Both the position numbers and the translations under genes were made by a program. 37,921 nucleotides of DNA, taken from the NCBI GenBank assembly GCA_002633005.1, contig NMRA01001226.1, positions 1-37,921 on the forward strand, in the 5' to 3' direction. Shown here piece by piece: positions 11,150 through 22,409 of this stretch. Origin of the DNA: Phoronis australis. Taxonomy: Eukaryota > Animalia > Phoronida. How positions within the stretch are numbered: position 1 is the first letter of the stretch; each line of letters begins with the position of its first letter. The notes under the pieces were generated by a model that worked only from the letters and a program-made list of their open reading frames with translations, was not told the origin of the DNA and made no database searches.

Positions 11150-13050
11150 CCTTCTTCAATCTACCCAAGTCATAGTCTTGAATGACAACTGTCCAATCCT
11201 TTGAGATCATGCGGTATCTTACAGAAATTTGCATTGAATATTTTCAAATTCTATTCAGTTGCAAAATGATTTTTTCCTGAACAGTATCTAGAGTAATTAA
11301 GATGTTCAAAGTGGGGCAAGTTATGCGTGCACTACATGCGCGCAAGGAAGTGGGCTAAAAGGTCCGCCCCAGAGAGACAGAAAGTCCGAGAAAACGAGGC
11401 ATCAGTTCGTTAAACATGCGCAAACGCGTATTTCACAATGGCGATCCCATTTTTTTGTTTTTTTGAAGTCCGCCCAATTTTTGTTACCAAGAGGTCCACA
11501 AAGTCAGGAACTCGAGCCCCCCATATTGAAGGCTGAGTGCGCGCATGTACTAGTTTACTAGTTTGATTAACGTCCAGACAGCTCCCCCCCCCCCCTCCCC
11601 CCAGTGGAGCCCATGAGTTAACCACTGATTCAGCCTCATCGTAACAAGTAGCATCAGACGAGTCACATACAGATTTGCATAATTCTATGTATCCTGATTT
11701 TCGTCAATCCTCAAAATCTGAGAATTAAAAATGTGTCTGTGATATGTTACATAGTGAATTCTGAGGTTGCAGCATGATAAACAATTTTGCTCAGTTGAGT
11801 GTCTGAACTGAATCCTGCGCCCGCGGGTACTGCGAATGGCCAAATTACTTAAGTATGCAGAGCTTGTGTTTAAGTTTCAGCTTCTCATGGTTTACGGCAG
11901 TGATAATACGTCTGCTGTCTGTGAGTGGAATGTGGCCGAGCATTCGGTTATTTTGTTTTGTATTAAAATTTTGAAAGTTGTGTCGACCAGCCAAAATGAT
12001 GTTTTTGTTCAAAAGTCGACTCACTTTTGCCAAAGGTTTGCCTAAATATCCATAAATGGTTCCATTTAAGAACAGCACTGTCCGTGGCCTGGCATACAAA
12101 CAAGTAAATCGGTATAGAGTATCTTTGTTTGATACAAATGATGTTATCACCCTGAGTTGTGTAAACAAACTGCAGACTCTACAAGGGCAGGTCACCAGTG
12201 CAATTTCTCCTAACCTCCATTGGAGGGCGCCAGCATGCGTGTGACATCAGTGGACAAAAGGGTCTTGGACAACATTCACCATTCTGTATTAGGATGGCCC
12301 TGATTCCTTATATCACTGCTCACAGCATATCACCAAAATATGGATACATTCCACAAAAGCGGTTGATCGGAAAGAATTAAAATATACACCTTGCTGCATG
12401 ACAACATGCTTTGAGCTTTCTAACAGTGCTTAAAATCAATTGCAGGTATTTTTAGCCAAGTTAGCAAAATAAAAGACTAATCATTTGTTTCCGTTATAGA
12501 TTATAAACATCAGTACAAGGATACCTTGTTCAATAATATTGTGCATGGTGTCGTATAAAATGTATGTAAACAATTCTCCGATAAAGCCTCCCGCGAATTG
12601 GAATCAGAACTGGTTCAGCAACAACACTTGAAATAAATGCATCAAGCAAAAGGAGATGTCTCCAATTTTTTAGCCGTTCAAGAAATCGAGGCTTTTCTTC
12701 TAAGGGATAAGCCTATTTTATAGCATGAATTTTTGATTCAGTGAGTCCTCTAACCTAGTTCGCAGTATTCCCTAACAAAGGTATCATTTTTTTCAGAAAA
12801 CATTGCATTGGTAATCTATCGGAACTGGCAGGTTTTTCGCATTTCACGTTTTTCAAGATACCAGTTACATCGTTCACAATTAATTCTAGTTCCATTTTTG
12901 CTAACATCATGTATCTTTGGAAGGACACTTGCCAATGGGGGCTCTTCGCAACCAACACACGCCCTTGGCTACGGCCATGATTCTGGCTCGCAGTTATTAG
13001 TACGTGTACGCCCACCGCATACCAGAACTTGCTGAGACGGACAACTATAA
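11150..13050. repeat. Intronic tandem duplication, copy 2
   Basis: Shared blocks such as CAATTCTCCGATAAAGCCTCCC and ATCAGAACTGGTTCAGCAACAA. Copy-specific inserts at 11335-11547, ~11600-12270 and ~12785-12900. Confidence 0.85.
11335..11547. mobile_element. MITE with 10-bp TIR and TA flanks
   Basis: TA|CATGCGCGCA ... TGCGCGCATG|TA. Absent from the paralogous site near 10296 in duplication copy 1. Confidence 0.75.
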
Positions 13051-14375
13051 ATTGATCAGCAGGATCACATAAATCCATGAAGTCGTTTTTTTCAAGCTAT
13101 GGCAAACTTCAACTAAACATCATGCAAAGAATTCAACTTGTTTATGGAACAAAAACAAGGCATGTATCTAAACTACACGGTCACGGACGTAAAAACACGA
13201 CCCACGTACCTGCAAACTCCGTTCACTGACTCGCAAACATGGGATTGGACTCACAAAACATGATCCAAAAACAGCATCTGGTATGCTGAAGACCGCTAAA
13301 CAGGATCTAAACTTTTTAATCCCGACGCCTTACCGATCCTGCCACCTACAGGGAATTCTAATAACAACAATGCCTTAATTTCTGTGAACTTTCAGGAATA
13401 AACACTTGTGCGCGAAGGAAATTGGAAATTAAAAATGCCAGATTGTGAATGCTACAAACCAGAACCTTATTATTGAAGACAACGTCACCAACACACCCGC
13501 ATTTTCAGTTGTTAGAACGTCTTTCGAAATCCTATACATGTATGAACATATCCTATAATAAACTATATGTTCAAAACTAAAGTGAAGACACAAACCTTGA
13601 GTCAACAACATCAAAAGAGAGATCAACAAAGTATTCAAGGACACGTACACGTATGCAGCTTTTACTGCCGTAAAACTTACTTTTAAAGAAATGAATGCTC
13701 CTCACGCAGGGATATTCCTGAACTATGATTTTGTGGCACGAACGCGTGAAAATAAAAAGGCGCAAATACATTCAAGAGTGCAGCGTTTTAAAAGATGCGC
13801 TCGGGTGCATCTATTAAACGCAACAATCTTCCAAAAGATTCTAGACAACTTACATCAAAAGTAAGTAGTATGCGTATTTGTAGGAGCTCTACATGCATGT
13901 AGCGACTGAACTGAGGATTCGTAATCGACGGAATGTCGTCCTGTCTTTGCGCAGGTTATGCTCAGTATGCAATTGATAATAACGTTTTAACATAAACACT
14001 AGCTCCCTCAGTAACTGGTGGTCCGCGAGAGGAGCACTTAAGACTTCTTTTCTCGGAAAGCGCAAAGTCCAAAAAGTGGTCAGATTGAGAAATGAATATT
14101 CATGTTAATGGTAGGGAACCTCAAGGTCATATGAGGTCAAATTACGTGTACGTCAAACCCAATAACAAATGAATAAAATTAAATGTTTTTATTGTAACTA
14201 ATAGACAACAAAGTGATGGAATCGATTAATCCTATCTGCTATGGGAATAAAATGGTTAACATGTTTTGGCGACACCTATAATATTCAACATAAAGTCGTT
14301 TAATTTGAAAGGCAACGGTCGTAAAAAATATTTTCAAGGTTCATTTTAGGGGAGTGTTCATGTATGCATACTTAC

Positions 14376-14465
14376 ATCTCCGTACAGTGGTTGGTTAAGG
14401 TTCCATTTATTCTTGATCAATTTCTGAAGAGGCGCACAGTCGCCATCTTTCACGGTTTTTGTAAC
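14376..14465 (-). CDS. Probable coding exon 2, N-capping ANK-like repeat (VTKTVKDGDCAPLQKLIKNKWNLNQPLYGD)
   Basis: Strong acceptor tgttattattttcAG (14466-14467) and donor GTaagt (14374-14375). 90 nt, open and phase 0. The peptide resembles an ANK N-cap (VKDGD...LQKLI...NLN) and reads straight into DHTALH. Confidence 0.72.
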
Positions 14466-16387
14466 CTGAAAATAATAACAAATAAATATGAATTACATTT
14501 CACCCAGTGTACACGTGCTATCGCCATCGTGTCATTACATTGCTTCATACTTCCAAGTGACATTTAAACATCATATGAGCATCCCCGCAATTATGATATT
14601 AGTGTCGTCCCGCTGGAAATCTGACGCACTAAAAAACTACATTCGCATGTCTGCTTTTTCCTAGAATACCTTGAATCCAAATAGGGGGGCGGTGCAATAC
14701 CAGGGACCAAGACAGCGCCAAAACGGGCACAACGAAAGTCTGCAGTGGAGCTGAGAAGACGGAGTTTGTGCAAACGATGCATTTTTATAATATATGAATA
14801 AAAGTGCATCGGACTTTAAATAGTTGTTGAAAAGATTATATAGCGTAACCGAATGAAATTATTTGTTTCATGTAAGTCTCAAAGATCTTCTAATTATTCC
14901 TGGCAGTCGGCACATGTATAATTACGTGAAATTTTCCTAAATGTCTAAATACGCTTTGATACTCCGCTCACGTACTGAGAGCTCCAGCTGTTTTGGGGGA
15001 GAGGGTGGAGTTAATTAGTGTCCAAGTCCTCTGTAGTTGAACATCATACTTGAACTTTCTTAAACATAAGGCAGTAACTGAAGGTCACGTGGTCCATCAC
15101 ACCGGGAAATTATGGATCGGCATTGTCACTGTAAAGTAACCAGGATCCAAGTAACGAACATTCCCTCAGTGTATTTGTTGTCACAACGCGGTGTTGTGAA
15201 TTCCACATTGCCTTTTGTATATCGTCACTAGAACAAGAATACGACCCTTATGAAGGTAAAAGAATACAAAGATCTACATATAGGGCCTAAGCAGCGTTGC
15301 CTGTTCTTTGAAAAAGTAAACTGGCTTGTTCCCGGGGGCGTGTCGCTCAGATGGGTGAAAGTCTTAGAACTTGCCTCCTTACGAAGGAAGCGCATGTCCG
15401 TTCCAACAAAAAAAACTTTAAGGAGCTTTATTGACAAAATTACCAACAAAATAGAACCTTTATCGGTTTGATTTTCCACAAAAAAAATTCATTTTGGAGT
15501 ACACAAGTTCACTGGAAAATGTGTACAACATTCGTCAATTTCAAACACCAATAGAAATGCAGTTCATTAAGTTTCCATGGAACTTTTCGTGGACACTGCT
15601 CCCACGCAAATCAGTCACTTTTTGGGGTTCAATATCTAAATGGTTTAGCATCCTAATGTCCACGTGATTACAACGCGGCAGTCGAGCACCCCTCTCTCAG
15701 TTCTCACTGCTCTAGAGATGGGAGAAATGTATAGAGGGACAGTGAGATCAGACTGCTTGAATAATGACTGGTTTTACGTCAAGTTATTTTCATACAAAAC
15801 GAGGGTATATATAAACATTTCAACTTCTGGAACGCAGAGTGAAAATGGTTGAAAAAATAACAATCTGTAAGGCCGCCGTGACACCGATGAAGCTCCTTGG
15901 ATCATACAGTTGAAATGCTTGGATGATAATCAGTAGATTTCTATACACTAATCTTTTTCGTTAAAGCGAATGTCTCCTCCAACTGTCAGTTGTCTACATT
16001 TTCACTGCGAAGGAACAAAGCTGTTTCATATTTTGCAAAAATCAGAGTTTCGAAATACAGTTTATTTCATTTTGAAAAATTTTAACAAGTAAAAGATCAA
16101 TACGTACTTAATGCCTGTCTACAAAAACATACAGATGTGGGGTGGGGTGGACAAATAAATGCTGACTTGTAGAGCAAGATGTGTCATCTTGTTTAAACTA
16201 TTTTAATATCGATCACTAATAGAAAGTCAAAATGAATCAACATTCCGATAAGGCTCCAGCACAGTCAGTATGCCTTGAAAGAAGTACACATATGCAATGA
16301 ATGCTATAGGAGCACATGCATGTAGGTACACGGGTGTTAGACAAACAGTTTAGATTAACGTTGTTGATCGCACTTGATGGCTTCCTG

Positions 16388-16535
16388 ATTTTGACGTGTA
16401 TTAGCAGAAGTACATCGCATTGCATATACAATTCAACGTGTATTGGCTGGGTTACATCACATTGCATATACAATTCGACGTATATTGTGAGGGTTATATC
16501 GCATTGCATATACAGTGCAATTCAACGCGGGCGGG
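16388..16535. repeat. 42-bp tandem repeat, ~3 copies
   Basis: A(C/T)ATC(G/A)CATTGCATATACA at 16412, 16454 and 16496. Confidence 0.85.
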
Positions 16536-18194
16536 TGCAGCTACTTGAAACTGCATCTCGTTCAGTGACGTTAGGACTTCGTTCAAAAGCAAGACTTCGC
16601 GATATTACGTTAGGTATTGCCGTGTATTTTCAAAGAGAACACGTGATTCTGGTTAGATTTTAGGTAGGTCCTAGCGCTACTGACAGCACGCCAGGTTACA
16701 GCGTTCTAGTCACACGGCAAGTAAAAGAGTTGAATTATCTACCCCGGACCACGCGTTTGTGCAAATGGCAGTTGTCATCGAGCGTTGTACACATGAAAGA
16801 GGGCTTTCTTGTCTTTCATGCGCTGACAAAGGGTATGAGAAAGCTTTTTGAAAAACTAGACCTTAGGCAGTTACCTCAACCAATCAATGAAGAGCTGTCT
16901 GCAAAATGGCAAGTGACACTGGTAACGGGTCAATTCAACTACCTTCATTGGCCAAATTTTACAGCTATTTTAAGATTCCAGCTTGGCAGTCTTCTCAGAA
17001 ACAAGCGTAGAATCCGCAATAACGCCGGAGTAATGTTCCACTGCCGTGACATATGTGAATATTTTACTACTTATAAAGCTTTCTTGTTCTCCTGGGAAGT
17101 TTACTGAGAATGTAAATATCTTCAGCTTGCCAGTACATTTGCATGATGATAGAGGAGTACTGATCTGTGAATGGTTGTTTCCAGTCACGTGTCACTGGTT
17201 ACAACTGTGAACAACTCAGACCACCTCTTTCAGTTTCTGCTCGCCACAGAATACACGGTTACCGTCTACAGCTATTTAAAGTGTAGCTTAGGCCATGACA
17301 CAAATACACACGCGTAGCGCCGAACCACGTAAGTCTTTGAGTCAGTAGATATGAATTATTGAAAGCACGTGAGGGCTTTTACTCAGTTCTAGTAAACAAC
17401 CAACTTGCCCAATATTTGAAAACTGTACCAGCCGACAAAACCCGGGAGAGCATCTTTAGTCTGCCCCTAGCTACCCACACGTGGTGTATGCACACACCGT
17501 ATCCTCTTCCGTGCGATGCTAAACTAAAACGTAAATATTCACCCCAGGCACGGCGTATCAGCACAAAACTTTGAAGTGCGCATTTGATCGTTTATAACAT
17601 AGCACACTCATTTATATCTAAACGTGAATTGTAAACAATATTGTCAATAAAATAAATACGTAGCGACAACCTATCATTCTTCTGTAACAATGTACAATTA
17701 ACAATGAAATTAACACTGCGTGGTTTTTCACCTTTATATAAGTTTTGGTCTCTGCGATTACCGTACATAAATATACGAATAATGATTACAATGTTCACAA
17801 CCACGTGTTACTTTACAAATATTTCCATACATTTCAAATACTCTTTCGTTGAAAAGTCTATCAACATTCGTGTAACAAAAAACGGATGCCTCAATTTGAC
17901 ATAAACTGTATGTTCAACCACAAAATATTCTATAAATTCCGTTTCTCCTCTCTGCACTCATTGCTTCAGTGCCGTCGTGTGCGTATATGTTCTAGTTTTG
18001 TAATGTAAAATCTAACGCAGTTTCTAAAATTATTTTTTAAGCACAATACAAATGAGACACACAGACCACACCCTCTCGTCATAGGAATAATGACTTTCAG
18101 TAAACTGGGTTTTCAAGTTTTACAATCTTTTCAGTCTGTGTGACGAAGCAGTATATATATGCCTTAACCAGCATTGGTACGCTAGGTGAAAAAG

Positions 18195-18323
18195 TGTTCA
18201 GTGCGTCTACATACTGTAGTAGCGTACAGAGGTTTGGTGATGTTCAGTACGTCAACATAGTAGCGTGCAGAGGTTTGGTGATGTCCAGTGCGTCTACACA
18301 ATAGCGTGCAGAGGTTTAGTGAT
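18195..18323. repeat. ~41-bp tandem repeat, 3 copies
   Basis: Unit TGTTCAGTACGTCAACATAGTAGCGTGCAGAGGTTTGGTGA. Confidence 0.88.
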
Positions 18324-18802
18324 GGATGGGACTGCGTTTACTAGATGTCACTCTCTCTCTTCTCAAATGCACACTAACACTAAGAAAAGGGAAAACAGAT
18401 GCAACATAAAATACAAACCTCATTCAATTTAACTACAAATCAGCTACAATTTCGAAAAACAATATTTTTAGATGATTCCCGTTGTCAATGCTCTGTCGGC
18501 TCCCCTCCCTCTGCTACATGTACCCTACTGTGTCTATGTCACACTACATGAAAACACTATGTATACTACGTTAAGAACAATGGTGTACAGCTCCTATGTG
18601 TGTCTACGTCACACCCACTGCGTTTCCTAGATAAACTTCTCAAATGACACTGAGAAGCCCCCTACAACGGTTGTTTAATTAGTGCTGAAAAAGCAGTGGT
18701 TTCACAAATCTAGAGGCTCACATTAGATTTGAAAAACTTAGTCAATTCCCTATTTGGGGCTGTTTCATGCAAACGGCACTGAGCTCCGACACAACTGTTA
18801 TA

Positions 18803-18834
18803 TGACGTCAGGAAATTCCCAGTTCATGACGTAA
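18803..18834. promoter_or_regulatory. Candidate CRE/ATF + NF-kappaB motif cluster in intron 1
   Basis: TGACGTCA (18803-18810) abuts GGAAATTCCC (18811-18820, read as GGGAATTTCC on the minus strand), followed by TGACGTAA (18827-18834). Motif match only. Confidence 0.4.
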
Positions 18835-18930
18835 TTTGATGACAATAGGTGATTTATAATAAAGTCGTAAAAATATTACGAATTTTGCTGTGTTATACAT
18901 GTTGCTCTGAGTCGCTAAGGGTTTCGATAT

Positions 18931-19480
18931 TCAAGTCGGTAACAGGAGAACAGTGGACAGCATTAGTATATTGTAGATATTCTATTCGGTAACAGGATAG
19001 CAGTGGACAACTTTAGTATAACATAGATATTCTAGACGGTAACAGGATAACAGTGGACAATTTTAGTATAACATAGATATTCTTGTCGGTAACAGGATAA
19101 CAGTGGACAATTTTAGTATAACATAGATATTCTAGTCGGTAACAGGATAGCAGTGGACAACTTTAGTATAACATAGATATTCTAGTCGGTAACAGGATAG
19201 CAGTGGACAACTTTAGTATAACATAGATATTCTAGTCGGTAACAGGATAACAGTGGACAACGTTAGTATAACATAGCTATTCTGGTCGGTAACAGGATAG
19301 CAGTGGACAACTTTAGTATAACATAGATATTCTATTCGGTAACAGGATAACAGTGGACAACTTTAGTATAACATAGATATTCTAGTCGGTAACAGGATAA
19401 CAGTGGAAAACTTTAGTATAACATAGGTATTCTAGTCAGTAACAGGATAACAGTGGACAACTTTATTATAGTGTAGGTAT
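18931..19480. repeat. 50-bp minisatellite, 11 copies
   Basis: Unit TCTAGTCGGTAACAGGATA(A/G)CAGTGGACAACTTTAGTATAACATAGATAT in exact 50-nt register. Confidence 0.97.
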
Positions 19481-19929
19481 TCAAGGTTTAATAACCAACT
19501 GCGACAGACTCAACGGTGAGGACATAATGAGCACTGGCATGTCTTTTCCTTTTTGTAAATTAGCAATATAACAGTGATCTGCATAAATACGAAGTGCGTT
19601 GGATTTCAAAATATCCATACCTCCCTGTTTAGGATAAATACATACATGGAAAGGCATGTTTTACTCTTGTAAAATTGATTTCTTAAAATTGTTTATGGAA
19701 TAATTATGCTTCCCAGGCCTGTTCAAGTAACAAGCAAACGTACGTGTATCCTTTTCGAATTCGCAGTTTTAGTGTTGGCTAATGACAACCTCTGAAGCTT
19801 TTTCATGAGTCGCTGAAGGCTTCGATTCCTTGCTGTTCAAGGAAATTCGGGCTTGCGGGTTAACAGCGTTGTACATTAGGTATTCAAGGTCAAACATACG
19901 ATTGACAAAAGCACAGACACTGTACCTAC

Positions 19930-19995
19930 CTCTTCCTTTTCATCTTCGGTGAGGAGGTAACCTTCAGATCTGCCACTTGCCTTTTCAGCTGCCAT
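19930..19995 (-). CDS. Probable first coding exon (MAAEKASGRSEGYLLTEDEKEE)
   Basis: ATG in strong Kozak context (aagATGG). 66 nt open, ending at GAG|GTaggt (donor 19928-19929). Phase 0, compatible with exon 14376-14465. Confidence 0.65.
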
Positions 19996-20039
19996 CTTCT
20001 TTCAATGTGCCTTTGTATCTGTGCCAACTCTGTACGACG

Positions 20040-20110
20040 GGACTGTTATATTCAGGTTGTGATTCGTCATTGTAAAAACCCATTGACGTCATTTGTGTTA
20101 CCATTGGAGG
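20040..20110 (-). promoter_or_regulatory. Putative proximal promoter of the ankyrin gene
   Basis: On the minus strand: CCAAT (20103-20107), palindromic CRE TGACGTCA (20084-20091) and weak TATAA (20046-20050), all 50-110 nt upstream of the ATG. Confidence 0.35.
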
Positions 20111-20264
20111 GACTCGATTCTTGTTTGACGATCGATCAACCGTGTGTGATAAGGAATACTGGGTATGCCGGTCAGCCGAGTTGTTAACACCATAATTTTC
20201 CAGGCATACCGGCAGGTAGCGTTAGTGGAGGTCTAGGATCCAATTTTCAGATTCTCTCCTACGG

Positions 20265-20675
20265 TCACTATTCACCCAGTCTTTGTTGTCCCCAATCCCC
20301 TGTTTGTTGGCAATTTTGAAGCTCTCTTCATTGGATTATTTTTGTAATAGTTTGTGAGTTCCCAAAATCTCGGGATTATAATCTCTTTAAAAGCTGGCTT
20401 GGTGCCAAAGTCAGGTGGCACGTGCTCTCCAAAGGTTTGCGACATTATAAGTTACAATTTGGAATACAATTTCACTATTCACCCAGTCTTTGTTGTCCCC
20501 AATCCCCTGTTTGTTGGCAGCTTTGAAGCTCTCTTCATTTGGTTATTTTTGTAATAGTTTGTGAGTTCCCAAAATCTCGGGATTATAATCTCTTTAAAAG
20601 CTGGGTTGGTGCCAAAGTCAGGTGGCACGTGCTCTCCAAAGGTTTGCGACATTATAAGTTACAATTTGGAATACA
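20265..20675. repeat. Recent 207-bp tandem duplication (20265-20468 / 20472-20675)
   Basis: Two copies differing at about five positions. Confidence 0.95.
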
Positions 20676-22409
20676 TATCACTTCACAGCTTACCTGTAGA
20701 TGTAAGTACACACTTTTTACCAAAAATACCCGCAGAATATTTAATCTCAACACCACGGGTATTACGTAACGAGTATTACGTAACAGCTAAAACTGAATCG
20801 CATGTATTACAACTGTTTATGCATTTTTGACATCAAGGGCTAATTTCCAGTCACCTGCTGTCAATTAGGGACAGTCACTCAGTCGTGGTTGTCTCAACAC
20901 CAAGAATTATATCGTTGAAACTAAAATTCACCGCATTGTTAAATGATTTTTTATATCAAGTTTATTGGGAAAACAATACATGACAAGTATTGACCATTGA
21001 ATTTGATGAATAATTAGACGATTGTACACTTAATGTTGACTTATTTTATCCACTTAGATGTCGGTTACCATGGTCACATTCATTGAATATAATAGCATCT
21101 AAGTCGAACAACCACAAGAACTTGGTAGATTTTCTGAACGCTTTCCTCTTAATTCTTACAGGCTATCAATAATTATTACAGATATGGTATTTAAACAAAA
21201 ATTTAATCCAACGTTGGACGCAAAGATTTCTTTTCCACACAGTTTCGACNGTCTCTCTTAAATTTTGCATACAGAACGTCCGTCGTTGGCTCTACGATAC
21301 ATGTATAAGTTTCACGACGAGGTGACAAACAGTACTCATACCAGGCCTGTATGAAATTCCGTTGTCTAAATGAGCTCATTTCACAGTGTCACGTAGGCCA
21401 AGCTGTATTTTGGCGATAGTCTTCGAACAGCTAACTGGCTTGCTACAATTAACATCTACAGTGTGCACTTCGACGTTTCGTGTTACAGTTCCGACCCAAA
21501 TCGGTATATTCTGATTTGGGTCGTTCCGTAGGCCTAACAGAATTCAGATACTGTCGACCCATATCGGAATATATTTTTGATTGAATTCAAAACGTCCAAT
21601 TGATTACAAATCCTTATATTCGGTATGTTTTCATGCAATCTAGACTTTATTTCATAGCTTTTGATTACAGATACTCAGAACGTGTGTAAAATTTTCAATC
21701 TTTTGAGGTTGACCGAGTCAAAATCGCGGCGACCACTGGTTGCAGGATTTCATGACGAATTATTTTGAAAATTAATGAATTTGATTATAATTGCTGTGTA
21801 CAAAAAGATCAGGCTAATGTGCTGTAATGTTTCCACGTATTTTGCACCAAATTAAACGGTCTTTTGTCTCCGATTCCAATATAGAAGACACCCTCGACAG
21901 CGGCCCGTATCTGAATCACTCAGCGTTCACGCCTTCGGCTTCAAGAAGGCATGAATGCAAATTTCCCGACATCAAATTTTTTTAATCTTGCAAATGACAG
22001 TTGATAATAAACATTGCGAATTTGCCTGATAATAATTCGGAAGAAGACTTTTTTCCGGCTGTTTCGACGGCTCCAGTCACACTCCCGGAGATTTCCATGT
22101 TGGCCCGTGTTGGAATGTTTGCTAAATAATTAAATAAAAAAGTATAAAAGTAATGGTTTTGATGAATTTTACTATAAATTGACATGAAATGAACAACTAA
22201 TGTGTTTCCTTGATCTGTCACGTATTTTGCACTAAATTAAACGGCCAGTCATCGCCGATTCAATACGATGGAGACACGGTGAAAGTCAATTCGTCTTAGA
22301 CTTCAATTAGTAAAAGAGCCATCTCATTTTTTTTGCGCTAAAATGAGTTTGTAATGTGGCTATTGTATTCTCAAATGCCTGCTTAATTAACGTTTGGGGT
22401 AAGCTATGA

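Larger units (their letters stand above)
349..19995 (-). other. Multi-exon ankyrin-repeat protein gene, 5' part (continues beyond the left edge of the window)
   Basis: Five GT-AG-bounded phase-0 coding exons join in frame: MAAEKASGRSEGYLLTEDEKEE/VTKTVKDGDCAPLQKLIKNKWNLNQPLYGD/DHTALHLAAGRGRTEVVRVLVQGGVDVNVRDK/DGWTPLHRAAGGGQTNTVKELLANKASVDVRTE/MGWTPLYWAALCGHTDTVKVLLANKASVDVRDE. The ANK exons are unambiguous. Linkage of the two upstream exons is inferred from splice sites, phase and an N-cap-like sequence. Confidence 0.75.

Noticed and set aside
18931-19480. Regular array resembling a CRISPR locus
   Set aside because: The units are whole-length near-identical 50-mers with no unique spacers. There are no cas genes and the context is eukaryotic, so this is a minisatellite.
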